Shown: positions 28,286-38,014, counted from the first letter of the stretch. The stretch is DNA of 64,000 nt from an uncultured Spirochaetota bacterium (GCA_963820525.1 CAWGAA010000001.1:2368001-2432000), one strand, 5' to 3'. Notes: generated by a model not told the origin, from the letters alone. Numbers and translations are program-made.

Positions 28286-28453
28286 GTTCAGGATCCTCCC
28301 GAATAAAGGCGCGGCCGCCCCGGCGGCGTCGGCGCGAAGCGCGACACCGCCAGCAGGGCGGCCGCGGTCCTTCCTGCCCAGCTGTTTCTCCGGTCACTCG
28401 CCATCGATGAGCAGCCGCTCATGACGCTCTCGGCCCCCACGCCGACTCGAGCC

Positions 28454-29311
28454 CTATTTCAGGTCCGTGACGCTTATACCCCGCTCGAAATATCTCTGCC
28501 CGAAGATATAGATCACGACCGTCGGGATGAGGGCCAGCGCAATGGCGGCGAGCTGCACCGTCCATTCCTTTTCCGTGGGGGACTCGAAAAACATCAGGCC
28601 GAGGGGGAGCGTGTACAGCGCCTTGTTGCTGAGGTAGATGAGGGGATCGATGAAGTTCTTCCAGCTCCAGAGGAACGTGAAGAGGCATGTCACGACGATG
28701 GCGGGCTTCACCTGGGGAAGAACGATGTTCCAGTAGGTCTTCCAGGTGCCGGCGCCGTCGATCCACGCCGCCTCGTCGATCTCCTTGGGAACGCTCAGCA
28801 TCAGCTGGCGGATGAAAAAGATGTTCCACGCGCTGCCGAAAAAGCCGGGCACCACCAGGGGCAAGAAGGTGTTGGTCCAGCCCAGGTCCCTGAACAGGGT
28901 GTACAGGGGGATGAAGGTGATTTCGTTGGGAAGCATCAGCGTGCTCAGGAGAACCATGAAGAGGGTGTTCTTGAGCGGGAACTTGAAGCGGGCGAAACCG
29001 TACGCCACGATGGCGGAGGTGAACACGGAGGAGCTGGTCTGGATCACGGCCAGTACGATGCTGTTTCGAACGTAGGAGAGAAGCTCGTACTGCATGATGG
29101 CCCGCGTGTAGTTGGTGGGGTGAAGCGGCCAGGGAAGCCACATCGTCTTGAGGTCCGTGCTGGCGAACTGCCCCAGGTCCTTGAAGGAGGACACCAGCAG
29201 GTAGAAGAAGGGGATGACGATGAGGATCGCCAGGAAGGTGAGGAAGACGAAGCCCAGGGTGACGTGCAAGCTCGGGAACATGCGCCCGATGAGCATCCGC
29301 CGCCTTCTCAT
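28454..29311 (-). CDS. Carbohydrate ABC transporter permease
   Basis: IDEAAWIDGAG EAA loop; AYGFARF motif. Confidence 0.9.
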   Translation of the reverse strand: MRRRRMLIGRMFPSLHVTLGFVFLTFLAILIVIPFFYLLVSSFKDLGQFASTDLKTMWLPWPLHPTNYTRAIMQYELLSYVRNSIVLAVIQTSSSVFTSAIVAYGFARFKFPLKNTLFMVLLSTLMLPNEITFIPLYTLFRDLGWTNTFLPLVVPGFFGSAWNIFFIRQLMLSVPKEIDEAAWIDGAGTWKTYWNIVLPQVKPAIVVTCLFTFLWSWKNFIDPLIYLSNKALYTLPLGLMFFESPTEKEWTVQLAAIALALIPTVVIYIFGQRYFERGISVTDLK

Positions 29312-30285
29312 ACCTTCTCCGCCTCGCCGGCTTCAGCCCTGCCGCGCCTGCGCAGGTAGGTGACGATGAAGAGCGTCAGGATGAACCCGATGATGAAGAC
29401 GATCCAGCCGAGTGCCGCGGACTCTCCCATCTTCCAATCTCCCCACCCTTTCCTGTAGAGATAGAAGACAAGGGTGGCGAGGCTGTTGTTCGTTCCCATG
29501 AGGTTGCTCGTTGTGTCGGCCATTCGGGCAAGGGACGCTGCCAGATCGAAGATGCGAAGCCCATAGATCAGGCCCTGGATGGCCTGGAAGGTGATGATGG
29601 GGGTGAGAAGCGGGACCGTCACCCGCAGGAAACGGGTCCACCAGCCGGCCCCGTCGAGCTCGGCCGCTTCGTAGTACGACTTGGGAACGCCCGCGATGCC
29701 CGCCATGAAGATTATCATCGTCGCCCCCACGTACCAGAAGTTGGTGATGATGAGAATCCAGATGGCGTTCCGGGGGTTGCCCAGCCAGTTCACGGGTTTT
29801 CCCCCGAGCATCGTGATGAGAACGTTGAGAAGCCCGGTCTGGGATCCTCCCTCGGTCCCGCCCATGAATATCGGCACCATGAGCAGGCCGAAGGACACGG
29901 GGATCACCAGGGAGGGAAGGAAGAAGATGACCCGGAAGGGCCTGTGGCCCGGGACCTTGTCGTTCATGACGGCGGCCATGAGGAGGGCAAGAACGTTGCC
30001 TCCTACCACGGCAAAGAGCATGAAAAGGGCATTATTGCGGACCGCCCTCATGAAAAGCACGTGCCTGATGGTCGTCAAATCCGCGGGCCAGATGTAGGCG
30101 ATGTAATTCCTCAACCCGACGAACACGCGCTCGCCTATCCCATCCCACTTCAGAAGGCTTATGTAGAACGAGGTGATGATGGGATACAACTGGAAGACGA
30201 GGAAGCCGATAAGCCAGGGAAGCACGTAGAGATACCCCTGGCGGTTCCTCCCCCACTCAAGCCCGCTCTGTGCTCTCAGGCGCAT
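29308..30285 (-). CDS. Carbohydrate ABC transporter permease
   Basis: YYEAAELDGAGWW.RF.RVTVPLLTP motif. Confidence 0.9.
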   Translation of the reverse strand: MRLRAQSGLEWGRNRQGYLYVLPWLIGFLVFQLYPIITSFYISLLKWDGIGERVFVGLRNYIAYIWPADLTTIRHVLFMRAVRNNALFMLFAVVGGNVLALLMAAVMNDKVPGHRPFRVIFFLPSLVIPVSFGLLMVPIFMGGTEGGSQTGLLNVLITMLGGKPVNWLGNPRNAIWILIITNFWYVGATMIIFMAGIAGVPKSYYEAAELDGAGWWTRFLRVTVPLLTPIITFQAIQGLIYGLRIFDLAASLARMADTTSNLMGTNNSLATLVFYLYRKGWGDWKMGESAALGWIVFIIGFILTLFIVTYLRRRGRAEAGEAEKV

Positions 30286-30302
30286 GGATGCTCTCCTCGA
30301 AC

Positions 30303-30329
30303 ACCGGCGCCGCGTGGCGCGGCGCCGGT
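30303..30329. other. 12-bp-stem hairpin between the SBP and permease genes (mRNA stabiliser or partial terminator)
   Basis: ACCGGCGCCGCG-TGG-CGCGGCGCCGGT perfect inverted repeat. Confidence 0.6.
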
Positions 30330-30341
30330 TTGAAGTTCATC

Positions 30342-31607
30342 TCATTCGAACAGCGACGAAATGATGTCCTTGCCGTCCTTCTCGATCTTTGCGGCGGTCT
30401 GCTGCGGAGTTGAGCGTAGCTGGAACAGGTCCGTCAGGGCGGACTCCAGCACCCCGGTGAACTCGGTTGTCGGGAGCATGGGCCCTGTGATGACGAAGGG
30501 AATCTCGCTGAAGAAGGGCTTCATCATGTCCTTCGAATAGGGATACGGGTTCTCATTCTGCGCCTGGATGAAGGCCTTGCTGTTGGCGGGAAGGTCCCCG
30601 GTCTTCGTGAACTCAAGCTGCCCTTCGGCGCTCGTCATCCACTTGATGAACTCCCACGCCGCGGCGGTGTTCTTGGAGTTGCGCGAGATTGCCAGGGAGT
30701 TGAAGTAGCCGCGGGTCGAGCGCACCTTGCCCATCGGAAGCGGAGCGGTGCCGACGTTGATCCCCTTGTCCAAGAGTGGGGGGAATCCCCAGGGTCCGGT
30801 CTGCTCGAATACAACCTTGCCGGTGGCAACGGCGTCGTCGGGGGTGCCGAACTCCGTCTGCCATTCCCCGGTGTACGGGGGAAGCACGTTCTGCTTGAAG
30901 AGGTTCTGCAGAACGGTGAGGCCCGCGATGCCTTCCTTGGAGTTGACAAGGATCTTCGTGGGGTGGGTGTAGCTGTCCATGAGCTTTCCGCCGGCCCCGA
31001 CGATGAAGGACTCGTACATCTCCATGACATGGAAGCGCGCGGTGTACTGGACGAACTTGTCCCCGTCCTTCACGGTGAGCTTCTTCGCGATCTGGACGAA
31101 CTGGTCCCACGTCATCGGCTTCACGGGATCGGGGTAGGCGACCCCTGCTGTGTCCAGCAGGTCCTTATTGTAGATCATGGCCCGGACTCCGGCGCCGACC
31201 GGTATCGCCCTGATCTTTCCGGTGACGATGTCGGCGGCCTGCGCGCCCGGAGCCATCTGGGCATACAGCGCCTTTGCGCCGGGAAGGTCATCCAGCACCT
31301 TGAACACTCCCCGGGTGATGTATGCGCCCTGCTCGACGTTGGAAAGAGAGATGACGTCGGCGGCGTTTCCCGCCAGCACCGTTGTGCGAACCTTCTCCCA
31401 GTAGGCAGACCAGGGCAGGAACTCGGTCTTGACCTGGATGTCGGGGTGCGACGCCACGAAGGTATCGACCAGCTTCTGGAAATCAGTCGCCTCCTGTGTG
31501 CCCGCCCACCGCGTATAGGTGATGGTGGTCTGGGCGAAGACGTTCGGCGCCGCGAATGCCGCGATAAGCGCCAGCGTCAAGAGGACCAAGAAAATCCGAC
31601 TCCTCAT
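30342..31607 (-). CDS. Sugar ABC transporter solute-binding protein (likely manno-oligosaccharides)
   Basis: Signal peptide; YNKDL.D.AGV.YP, TWD.F and AAWEFIKW motifs; substrate inferred from context. Confidence 0.88.
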   Translation of the reverse strand: MRSRIFLVLLTLALIAAFAAPNVFAQTTITYTRWAGTQEATDFQKLVDTFVASHPDIQVKTEFLPWSAYWEKVRTTVLAGNAADVISLSNVEQGAYITRGVFKVLDDLPGAKALYAQMAPGAQAADIVTGKIRAIPVGAGVRAMIYNKDLLDTAGVAYPDPVKPMTWDQFVQIAKKLTVKDGDKFVQYTARFHVMEMYESFIVGAGGKLMDSYTHPTKILVNSKEGIAGLTVLQNLFKQNVLPPYTGEWQTEFGTPDDAVATGKVVFEQTGPWGFPPLLDKGINVGTAPLPMGKVRSTRGYFNSLAISRNSKNTAAAWEFIKWMTSAEGQLEFTKTGDLPANSKAFIQAQNENPYPYSKDMMKPFFSEIPFVITGPMLPTTEFTGVLESALTDLFQLRSTPQQTAAKIEKDGKDIISSLFE

Positions 31608-31671
31608 AATAACTCCTCCTTCGCTATAGTGTCCGGCCCACAGGGGGCCGGAAGATCCCGATTAAAAGCCT

Positions 31672-32694
31672 TCAGACGACGGGGTCCTCCTTGATGAAAT
31701 CGAGGATCTCCCCGATGTACCCGAAGGCGAGGTTCACGCAGGTATCTGCCCCGCCGTAGTAGATCGCGATCCTGCCCGAGGCCGGATCCTGCACGCTGGA
31801 GCAGGGGAAAACGACATTGGGAACGTCTCCCACGCATTCGTAGGAAGCCTGCGGCGAGAGAAGGTAGCGCCTGCCGCGGGCGCGGACCTTCCAGGGTTTC
31901 TCCAGGTCCAGGAGGGCGGCGCCCATGCTGTAGACGAAACCGTTGCAGCTGGTGAGCACGCCGTGATAGATGAGAAGCCATCCTTCGGGGGTCTCGATGG
32001 GAGCAGCCCCGGCGCCCACCTTGGTGCTCTGCCAGGGGCTCTCGCCGCCCAGGGTGCCCATAACCCAGCGATGCCTGCCCCAATAGGTGAGGTCGGGGCT
32101 CTCGCTGTAAAAGATGTCGCCGAAGGGGGTATGGCCCGAATCGCTGGGGCGGTGCAGGACGGCGAACCTGCCGTCGATCTTTCGGGGAAAGAGAACGCCG
32201 TTTCTATTGTAGGGAGGGAGGATGTTCTCGGTTCTGAAGAAAGTCTCGAAGTCGAAGGTGTATCCCGCCCCGATGCTTGCGCCGTGATTGCCATCGCACC
32301 AGAGAAGGTGGTAGCGGCCCTCGACGCGCACCACGCGCGGATCATACTTGTACTGGGAATCGGGCAGATCGGGATCCGCGGGAGCGAACCTGATGGGCTC
32401 GGGGTCGATTCGCCATCTGACGCCGTCCTCGCTGAATCCCCTGTGTATGTTCATTCGGCGGGCGTCATCGTCGACGCGAAAAACTCCGGCAAAGCCCTGC
32501 CCGAAGGGCACGACGGCGCTGTTGAACACGCTGTTCGACCTCGTTGTGGCATGACGGTCGATTATGGGATTGCCGGAGCACCGCCAGAGAGGCGAGACGC
32601 ACTCCCTGGGACGATCCTCCCAGGGAATCCTCCGCATTGCATTTTCGGCCGGCTCGGCGCGCTCAGCTGCGGCTTTCCTTTTCACTTCAGGCAT
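31672..32694 (-). CDS. GH130 beta-1,4-mannooligosaccharide phosphorylase
   Basis: NSVFNSAVV, YDPRV, PYNRNGVLFPRKI, RPSD.GHTPFGDIF, GDVPNVVFP and YYGGADT motifs. Confidence 0.9.
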   Translation of the reverse strand: MPEVKRKAAAERAEPAENAMRRIPWEDRPRECVSPLWRCSGNPIIDRHATTRSNSVFNSAVVPFGQGFAGVFRVDDDARRMNIHRGFSEDGVRWRIDPEPIRFAPADPDLPDSQYKYDPRVVRVEGRYHLLWCDGNHGASIGAGYTFDFETFFRTENILPPYNRNGVLFPRKIDGRFAVLHRPSDSGHTPFGDIFYSESPDLTYWGRHRWVMGTLGGESPWQSTKVGAGAAPIETPEGWLLIYHGVLTSCNGFVYSMGAALLDLEKPWKVRARGRRYLLSPQASYECVGDVPNVVFPCSSVQDPASGRIAIYYGGADTCVNLAFGYIGEILDFIKEDPVV

Positions 32695-32725
32695 GCGATT
32701 CCTCTGGGCTTTTCGTTTGATCGGT

Positions 32726-32743
32726 ATGGAAACCGGTTTCCAT
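32726..32743. promoter_or_regulatory. LacI-family operator O1
   Basis: Perfect 18-bp palindrome ATGGAAACCGGTTTCCAT with a central CG, between the leftward promoter and the GH130 start. Confidence 0.8.
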
Positions 32744-32785
32744 TTTTATGCAATCAACACCAGATTTCTTGCTGGGCACCAAGCC

Positions 32786-32813
32786 AGATTACCATAGATC
32801 GGCCACCTGTCAA
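32786..32813 (-). promoter_or_regulatory. Sigma70 promoter of the leftward mannan operon
   Basis: TTGACA-16 bp-TAATCT with an upstream TG (extended -10). Confidence 0.6.
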
Positions 32814-33031
32814 GAGTTTTTTTGCCGCCACCGAGTCTCTCCTTTCGCACCTGGGCCTTTCCGGGGGTCACTGGCATGAAATAATAATGTAAATAATTAT
32901 ATGTAAAATAATTATATTGCAGCCATATCAATAAGAAGCAAATGTAAAAAGCGACCTGAGGCTCGCCTCGCGCCGAATATGGGGCCGATGAGGCTCATCC
33001 TTTCCAGATAGAGAAGCCCCGGAAACGACCC

Positions 33032-33060
33032 TTTACAAAGAAACCGATTTCCACGAGAAT
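33032..33060 (+). promoter_or_regulatory. Sigma70 promoter with LacI operator O2 in its spacer
   Basis: TTTACA-17 bp-GAGAAT; spacer contains AAGAAACCGATTTCCA, a variant of O1. Confidence 0.65.
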
Positions 33061-33066
33061 GATCCC

Positions 33067-34266
33067 ATGATTCCGGAAGATCTTCGCCTCATGGCCTCGG
33101 AGATGGAAAACGAGCTTCGCGTGAATATTCTCCCATTCTGGACGAAATACGTGGACCGCGACAACGGCGGCTTCTTCGGATTTGTAGCGAATGACGGCTC
33201 CGTGGACCGGCGCTCGGACAAGGGAATCGTGGCGCACTCCCGCTTCCTCTGGACCTACGCCGCTGCGTCGCGGATTCTCCGCGATGCGAGCCTCCTCGAA
33301 ACCGCGAAATCCGCCTACAGCTTCATCGTCGACGCTCTCTACGACAAGCGGCGCAAGGGATTCTTCTGGATCACGGACTACCAGGGCGCTCCCAGGACCG
33401 AGAAGAAGGTGATATACGGCCAGGCATTCGCTCTCTACGCTCTGGCCGAGTACGCCCGCTCGGGGGGGCCGCCCCGCGCCCTCGAGCTCGCCATGGAGAC
33501 CTTCGATCTGCTGGAGCGGGTTGCGCGCGACGCGAGCCGGGGCGGCTACTTCGAAGCTGTCGAGCCGGACTGGTCCGCCCCCATCGTCTCCTCATTGAGC
33601 GAGGCGGACTCTCCCTGCGCGAAGAGCATGAACACGAACCTCCACGTCATGGAAGCCCTCTCTTCCCTGTACGCGGCGAGCGGGGAGCCGCGTGTGCGCG
33701 AAGCGCTTGGCTCCCTGATCGAGGTTCATCTCCGGCATATCCTGGCGTCCGGGGACCACCTCGGCCTGTACTTCGACGCGGACTGGAGGCGCCAGGACCG
33801 GACGCTCAGCTTCGGCCACGACATCGAGGCGAGCTGGCTTATCACGGAAGCCGCCGGCCACGCATGGGACGGGGGGCTTTCGGAGAGGATCAGGAAGCGG
33901 GTTCTCGCGGTCGCCGCGGCGACCGCCCGCGCGCTTGACGACAACGGCGGCAGCCTGCCCAATGAGCGCGGGGACGATGCACTGGACGCAGACCGGATCT
34001 GGTGGGTGCAGGCCGAGGCGATCGTCGGGATGGTGAATGCCTGGCAGCTTTCCGAGGACCCCGCCTACCTCAGACGCGCGCGCTCGGTCTGGGAGTTCGT
34101 CAAACGCCGGATCATCGATCGCGAGCACGGAGAATGGCTCTGGGGCGCCCACGCTGACGGAAGCCCCATGGAAGACCGTCCCAAGGGCGGCATCTGGAAG
34201 GCAAGCTATCACAACGGCCGCGCATGCATGGAGATAATGTCACGCGCCGCGGGGGGCTCACCATGA
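33067..34266 (+). CDS. Cellobiose/mannobiose 2-epimerase (AGE family)
   Basis: ILPFW, GGF.G, R.LW, YGQAFALYAL, KSMNTNLH.MEA, SFGHDIEASWL, WWVQAE and WK..YHNGRAC motifs. Confidence 0.92.
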   Translation: MIPEDLRLMASEMENELRVNILPFWTKYVDRDNGGFFGFVANDGSVDRRSDKGIVAHSRFLWTYAAASRILRDASLLETAKSAYSFIVDALYDKRRKGFFWITDYQGAPRTEKKVIYGQAFALYALAEYARSGGPPRALELAMETFDLLERVARDASRGGYFEAVEPDWSAPIVSSLSEADSPCAKSMNTNLHVMEALSSLYAASGEPRVREALGSLIEVHLRHILASGDHLGLYFDADWRRQDRTLSFGHDIEASWLITEAAGHAWDGGLSERIRKRVLAVAAATARALDDNGGSLPNERGDDALDADRIWWVQAEAIVGMVNAWQLSEDPAYLRRARSVWEFVKRRIIDREHGEWLWGAHADGSPMEDRPKGGIWKASYHNGRACMEIMSRAAGGSP

Positions 34267-35444
34267 AGCAGGGGACGTACGCCCGGCGGAGGGCCGCGCT
34301 GGAACGCGAGCACGGCAAGCTCGTTTCCCGGAGGAATGAGCCTCTTCTGCCGGGCAATGGGATCTTCATCCGCTACCGCTACCCCATCCTCACCGCGGCA
34401 CATGCCCCCCTGGAGTGGCGCTACGACTTCGACCGGCGGGTCAACCCCTTCTTCATGGAACGGCTGGGCGTCAACGCCGTGTTCAACGCGGGGGCCATCG
34501 CGTGGCAGGGGAGCTACTGCCTGATGTGCCGGATGGAGGGCTGGGACAGGAAAAGCTTTTTCGCGATCGCCCGAAGCTCAACCGGCATCGACGGCTTCCG
34601 CTTCGATCCCGAACCGCTCCTGCTGCCCCAGACCGAGGAGCCCGACGTCAACGTCTACGATATGCGCCTCACCCGGCACGAGGACGGATGGATCTATGGA
34701 GTTTTTTGCAGCGAGCGCAAGGATCCCGCGGCCCCGCGGGGCGATACCTCAAGCGCGGTAGCCGCCGCGGGAATCGTTCGCACGAAAGACCTCCTCCAAT
34801 GGGAGCGCCTCCCCGACATGATCTCGGCTTCCCCGCAGCAGCGCAACGTCGTGCTCCACCCCGAGCTGGTCAAGGGCAGGTACCTTCTCTACACGCGGCC
34901 GCAGGACGGGTTCATCGACACGGGCTCGGGAGGCGGCATCTGCTGGGGCCTGGTGGACGACATGAGGGACCCCCGCGTTGAAGATGAATCCCTCCTGGAC
35001 CCCAAGGAATACCACACGATCAAGGAGCTGAAGAACGGGGCGGGCGCCCCTCCCATCAAGACCCCGAAGGGCTGGCTGCACATCGCGCACGGCGTGCGGG
35101 CAACCGCCGCGGGGCTTCGCTACGTGCTGTATGCCCTGCTTACGGATCCGGCGGATCCGACACGGGTAGTCGCGCGGCCGGGCGGCTATCTCATCGCGCC
35201 GGAAGGCGAGGAGCGCGTCGGCGACGTTTCCAATGTCTGTTTCACCAATGGCGCCATCACGGATGACGACGGGCGCCTCCTCATCTACTACGCAAGCTCC
35301 GACACGCGGCTCCACGTGGCGGAGACCTCGATCCCGCGCATGCTGGACTACTGCCTGAACACCCCGCCGGACCGCGGGGCGAGCCGCGCCGGCGTCGAGG
35401 AGCGCCTGCGGCTACTCAGGGCAAACCGGGTGCTGCGGGGATGA
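34263..35444 (+). CDS. 4-O-beta-D-mannosyl-D-glucose phosphorylase (GH130)
   Basis: RY.YPILTA.H.PL.WRYD, MER.G.NAVFN.GAI, YDMRLT.HEDGWIYG, QQRNVVLHPE, TRPQDGFI and YYASSDTR motifs. Confidence 0.92.
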   Translation: MKQGTYARRRAALEREHGKLVSRRNEPLLPGNGIFIRYRYPILTAAHAPLEWRYDFDRRVNPFFMERLGVNAVFNAGAIAWQGSYCLMCRMEGWDRKSFFAIARSSTGIDGFRFDPEPLLLPQTEEPDVNVYDMRLTRHEDGWIYGVFCSERKDPAAPRGDTSSAVAAAGIVRTKDLLQWERLPDMISASPQQRNVVLHPELVKGRYLLYTRPQDGFIDTGSGGGICWGLVDDMRDPRVEDESLLDPKEYHTIKELKNGAGAPPIKTPKGWLHIAHGVRATAAGLRYVLYALLTDPADPTRVVARPGGYLIAPEGEERVGDVSNVCFTNGAITDDDGRLLIYYASSDTRLHVAETSIPRMLDYCLNTPPDRGASRAGVEERLRLLRANRVLRG

Positions 35445-35520
35445 GCCCGATCTTGCGCAGAACGAGCGCTCTTCCTTGCCGCCGGATCGTCGTTTACGCT
35501 ATCATGAACCGAGGGGATCC

Positions 35521-36636
35521 ATGCAGCGTACCATAACTTCGATCACGATCAACGAAATAGCGCGGATCGCCGGTGTGGCCAAGGGGACCGTGTCCAAGGT
35601 CCTCAACAACTACCATGGGATCAACGAGCGCACGCGCCAGCGGGTCCTGAAAATCGTCAAGGACCTGAACTACGAGCCCAACTCGGCTGCCCAGACCCTC
35701 GCGCTTCGAAGAACCGGCAACATCGGCCTGATCATCCCCCACTCCCCCGAGCATTCCCTCACCGGCGCCTACTGGTCTTCCCTGGTGAGCGCGATCACCC
35801 GCGAGGCGACGCGACTCGGCTACAGCCTTGCCCTCCTCCTCCCCCAGGCTGAGGGACTGCTCCCGGACCTGTTCCGCTCCATCGTGCGCAAGAAAAGGGT
35901 CGACGGCCTGATCGTCGGCGCCGAGCTCATGGACAAGGGGTACTTTGCCACCCTCCTGTCGACGGAGGCCCACTTCGTGATGCTGGGCAGAAACCCCGCT
36001 TTCATCCACCACTGCGTCGACATCGACAACCGCGCGGCCGGCGCCTCCATCGCCTCCTACCTCATCGGCCGCGGCTATCGAAGGCCGCTGTTTATCGGGG
36101 GGCCTTCCGAGTACTACTACATGGCGGATCGTGCCGCGGGCTTCGCCGAAAGCGTGCGCGCCGCCGGTCTGGAGCCTCTCCAGGCGTTGTTCCTCCCCTA
36201 CGAGGACCGCGAAACGATGAAGAGCGTCCTCACCGGAGTCGTCGAGTCGGGCGGGCCTGATTCGGCCGTCGTGGGGGCGGGCGGCGACTTCATGTTCGAC
36301 GCGCTGGCCGCCTTCGAGGCATTGGGCCTCCGCCCGCCCGAGTTCGGCTTCGCCACCTTCGACGATTACCGATTCCTCGACTTCCTCAAGCCGCCCATCA
36401 CGGCCGTGGCCCAGCCCGTGAGCCGCATGGGCAAGGAGGCGGTCAGGATACTGGTGGAGCTTCTCAAGTCGCCCCGGGAGCCGGCAGGCCGGGATCGGTG
36501 CGTGATCCTGGACACGTCCATCATCGGCCGCGCGAGCTGCGGCGAGACGTACCCGGTTTCGGCCGCTCAGAAGGACTGCGATTTCTTCGCTTTCCAGCGC
36601 GATCAGAAGACAACCAGGCGCCGCGGCCAGACCTAG
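35521..36636 (+). CDS. LacI-family transcriptional regulator of the mannan locus
   Basis: TINEIARIAGVAKGTVSKVLN HTH, Y.PN..A..L hinge, and sugar-binding domain. Confidence 0.92.
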   Translation: MQRTITSITINEIARIAGVAKGTVSKVLNNYHGINERTRQRVLKIVKDLNYEPNSAAQTLALRRTGNIGLIIPHSPEHSLTGAYWSSLVSAITREATRLGYSLALLLPQAEGLLPDLFRSIVRKKRVDGLIVGAELMDKGYFATLLSTEAHFVMLGRNPAFIHHCVDIDNRAAGASIASYLIGRGYRRPLFIGGPSEYYYMADRAAGFAESVRAAGLEPLQALFLPYEDRETMKSVLTGVVESGGPDSAVVGAGGDFMFDALAAFEALGLRPPEFGFATFDDYRFLDFLKPPITAVAQPVSRMGKEAVRILVELLKSPREPAGRDRCVILDTSIIGRASCGETYPVSAAQKDCDFFAFQRDQKTTRRRGQT

Positions 36637-36850
36637 ACCTGCGGCGGCTTTTCGAGCGAAGTGAGAAAAACGCCGCTGGGAGGGCGGAGGCGCGCGGAGC
36701 CCTGTGGCGATAGTCCGCCGCATAAGGCGGCAGCGCGCCCATAGACCTGCGGCGGCTTTTCGAGCGGAGCGAGAAAACGCCGCTGGGAGGTCGGAGGCGC
36801 GCGGAGCCCTGTGGCGGTAATCCGCCGCATAAGGCGGCAGCGCGCCCTAG
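36633..36850. repeat. Two tandem ~107-bp GC-rich hairpin-forming repeats (REP/MITE-like), bounded by CTAG
   Basis: 36634-36740 and 36742-36847 are near-identical; internal inverted repeats; CTAG at 36633 and 36847. Confidence 0.85.
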
Positions 36851-37096
36851 GAGAACACTCTCTTCAGCCCCGGGATCTTGCGCAGCAGGAACACCACGGC
36901 GAAAGCGAGCGGGAGCAGGATCAGGGCCGCCGCTTCCCACTTGGCCAGCGGGTGCGCGCCCCAGGGCTTCAGCAGAAAAAGAGATACGGCAACCAGAATG
37001 GGCGCGTGAAAGACGTACACGCCGAAGGCATTTTCGGAGAGGAACTTCGAGAACGCGCCCCGCTCCTTCGCCCTGTCGCGGAAGAGCACGAGCAGG
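36847..37096 (-). pseudogene. C-terminal fragment of an acyltransferase-3 family membrane protein
   Basis: LSENAFGVYVFHAPILV ... LLRKIPGLKRV is a typical acyltransferase-3 C-terminus; no room for the N-terminal part. Confidence 0.65.
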
Positions 37097-37993
37097 TCAG
37101 AGGGAAAAACCGTACTTCGCCAGAATCTCTGTCGGAAACTCGAAGCGCACCGTTTTCAGCGGATCCACGATCTGGCAGAACTTCAGCTCCCCCACGAGGC
37201 TCATGAGCATCCCCGCGTCGTTCAGCGGAATGCCCACAAGGTCTGTAAGGAACCTTGCCATCCTGTGCGTGGCCTCTGAAGCGGCTTCATCCGACGTGGG
37301 CGCAGCCACGATCGTGGCGACCACCTTTTTATTCGAAACGAAGGGCGTGGGAAGCCCCGGAAGATCCACCACCCGGGCTTTGAGCCGGACTTCTCCGGGG
37401 GTTTCGGCGCCGCAGACCACGATCTCCCCGTCTCCCATGGCCGCGTGAAGGTCTCCCGCGCCCAAAAGGGCGCCATCCACGCCGACGGTCAGGAACAGAC
37501 TCGCCCCGGCGCCGATGAGGGTGCAGTCCATGTTTCCCCCGTGGGCTCCCGGAGTTCCATTGGGGACCTCTCCCGCGGCGGGGGCAACTCCGATCACGCC
37601 GATCATCGGGCGCTTGGCAACGCGCAGATTCCGAAACAGAATCTCGTCCCCTTCCCGACGCAGGACCGCCGTCTCCATCTTGGTGATCACGTCTCCCAGG
37701 GCGCCTTCACCGGGGATGGTCACCATTGTCGAGGTTTCCCCCACGGATACCTCCAGCAGGTCGACGCGCAGGATGTCCCCCGGCTTCACCCCTTCGATGT
37801 AGACGGGACCCGTGGCGGGATTCACATGGCTCCAATCAAGGGCTGAAATCAGGTCGCGCTCGCTTTTGAGCTGGCCCTGGAAGCAGTCATGGGTCTCGAT
37901 GACCACCTCCTCACCCTGCTTGACGCGCGCCACGGGGTGAAGCGAAGGGCTGAAAGCGAAAAACACGTTATCTCTCGAAACCCTCACCGCCAT
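37097..37993 (-). CDS. Acetamidase/formamidase family protein
   Basis: ET.DC, NPATGPVYIEG..PGD.L, PMIGVIGVAP, HGGNMD and GDLHAAMGDGE motifs. Confidence 0.9.
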   Translation of the reverse strand: MAVRVSRDNVFFAFSPSLHPVARVKQGEEVVIETHDCFQGQLKSERDLISALDWSHVNPATGPVYIEGVKPGDILRVDLLEVSVGETSTMVTIPGEGALGDVITKMETAVLRREGDEILFRNLRVAKRPMIGVIGVAPAAGEVPNGTPGAHGGNMDCTLIGAGASLFLTVGVDGALLGAGDLHAAMGDGEIVVCGAETPGEVRLKARVVDLPGLPTPFVSNKKVVATIVAAPTSDEAASEATHRMARFLTDLVGIPLNDAGMLMSLVGELKFCQIVDPLKTVRFEFPTEILAKYGFSL

Positions 37994-38014
37994 CTCCCCA
38001 CCCTCCTTCAGCCT

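Noticed and set aside
36633..36850. CRISPR array
   Set aside because: Only two long units, no unique spacers and no cas genes.
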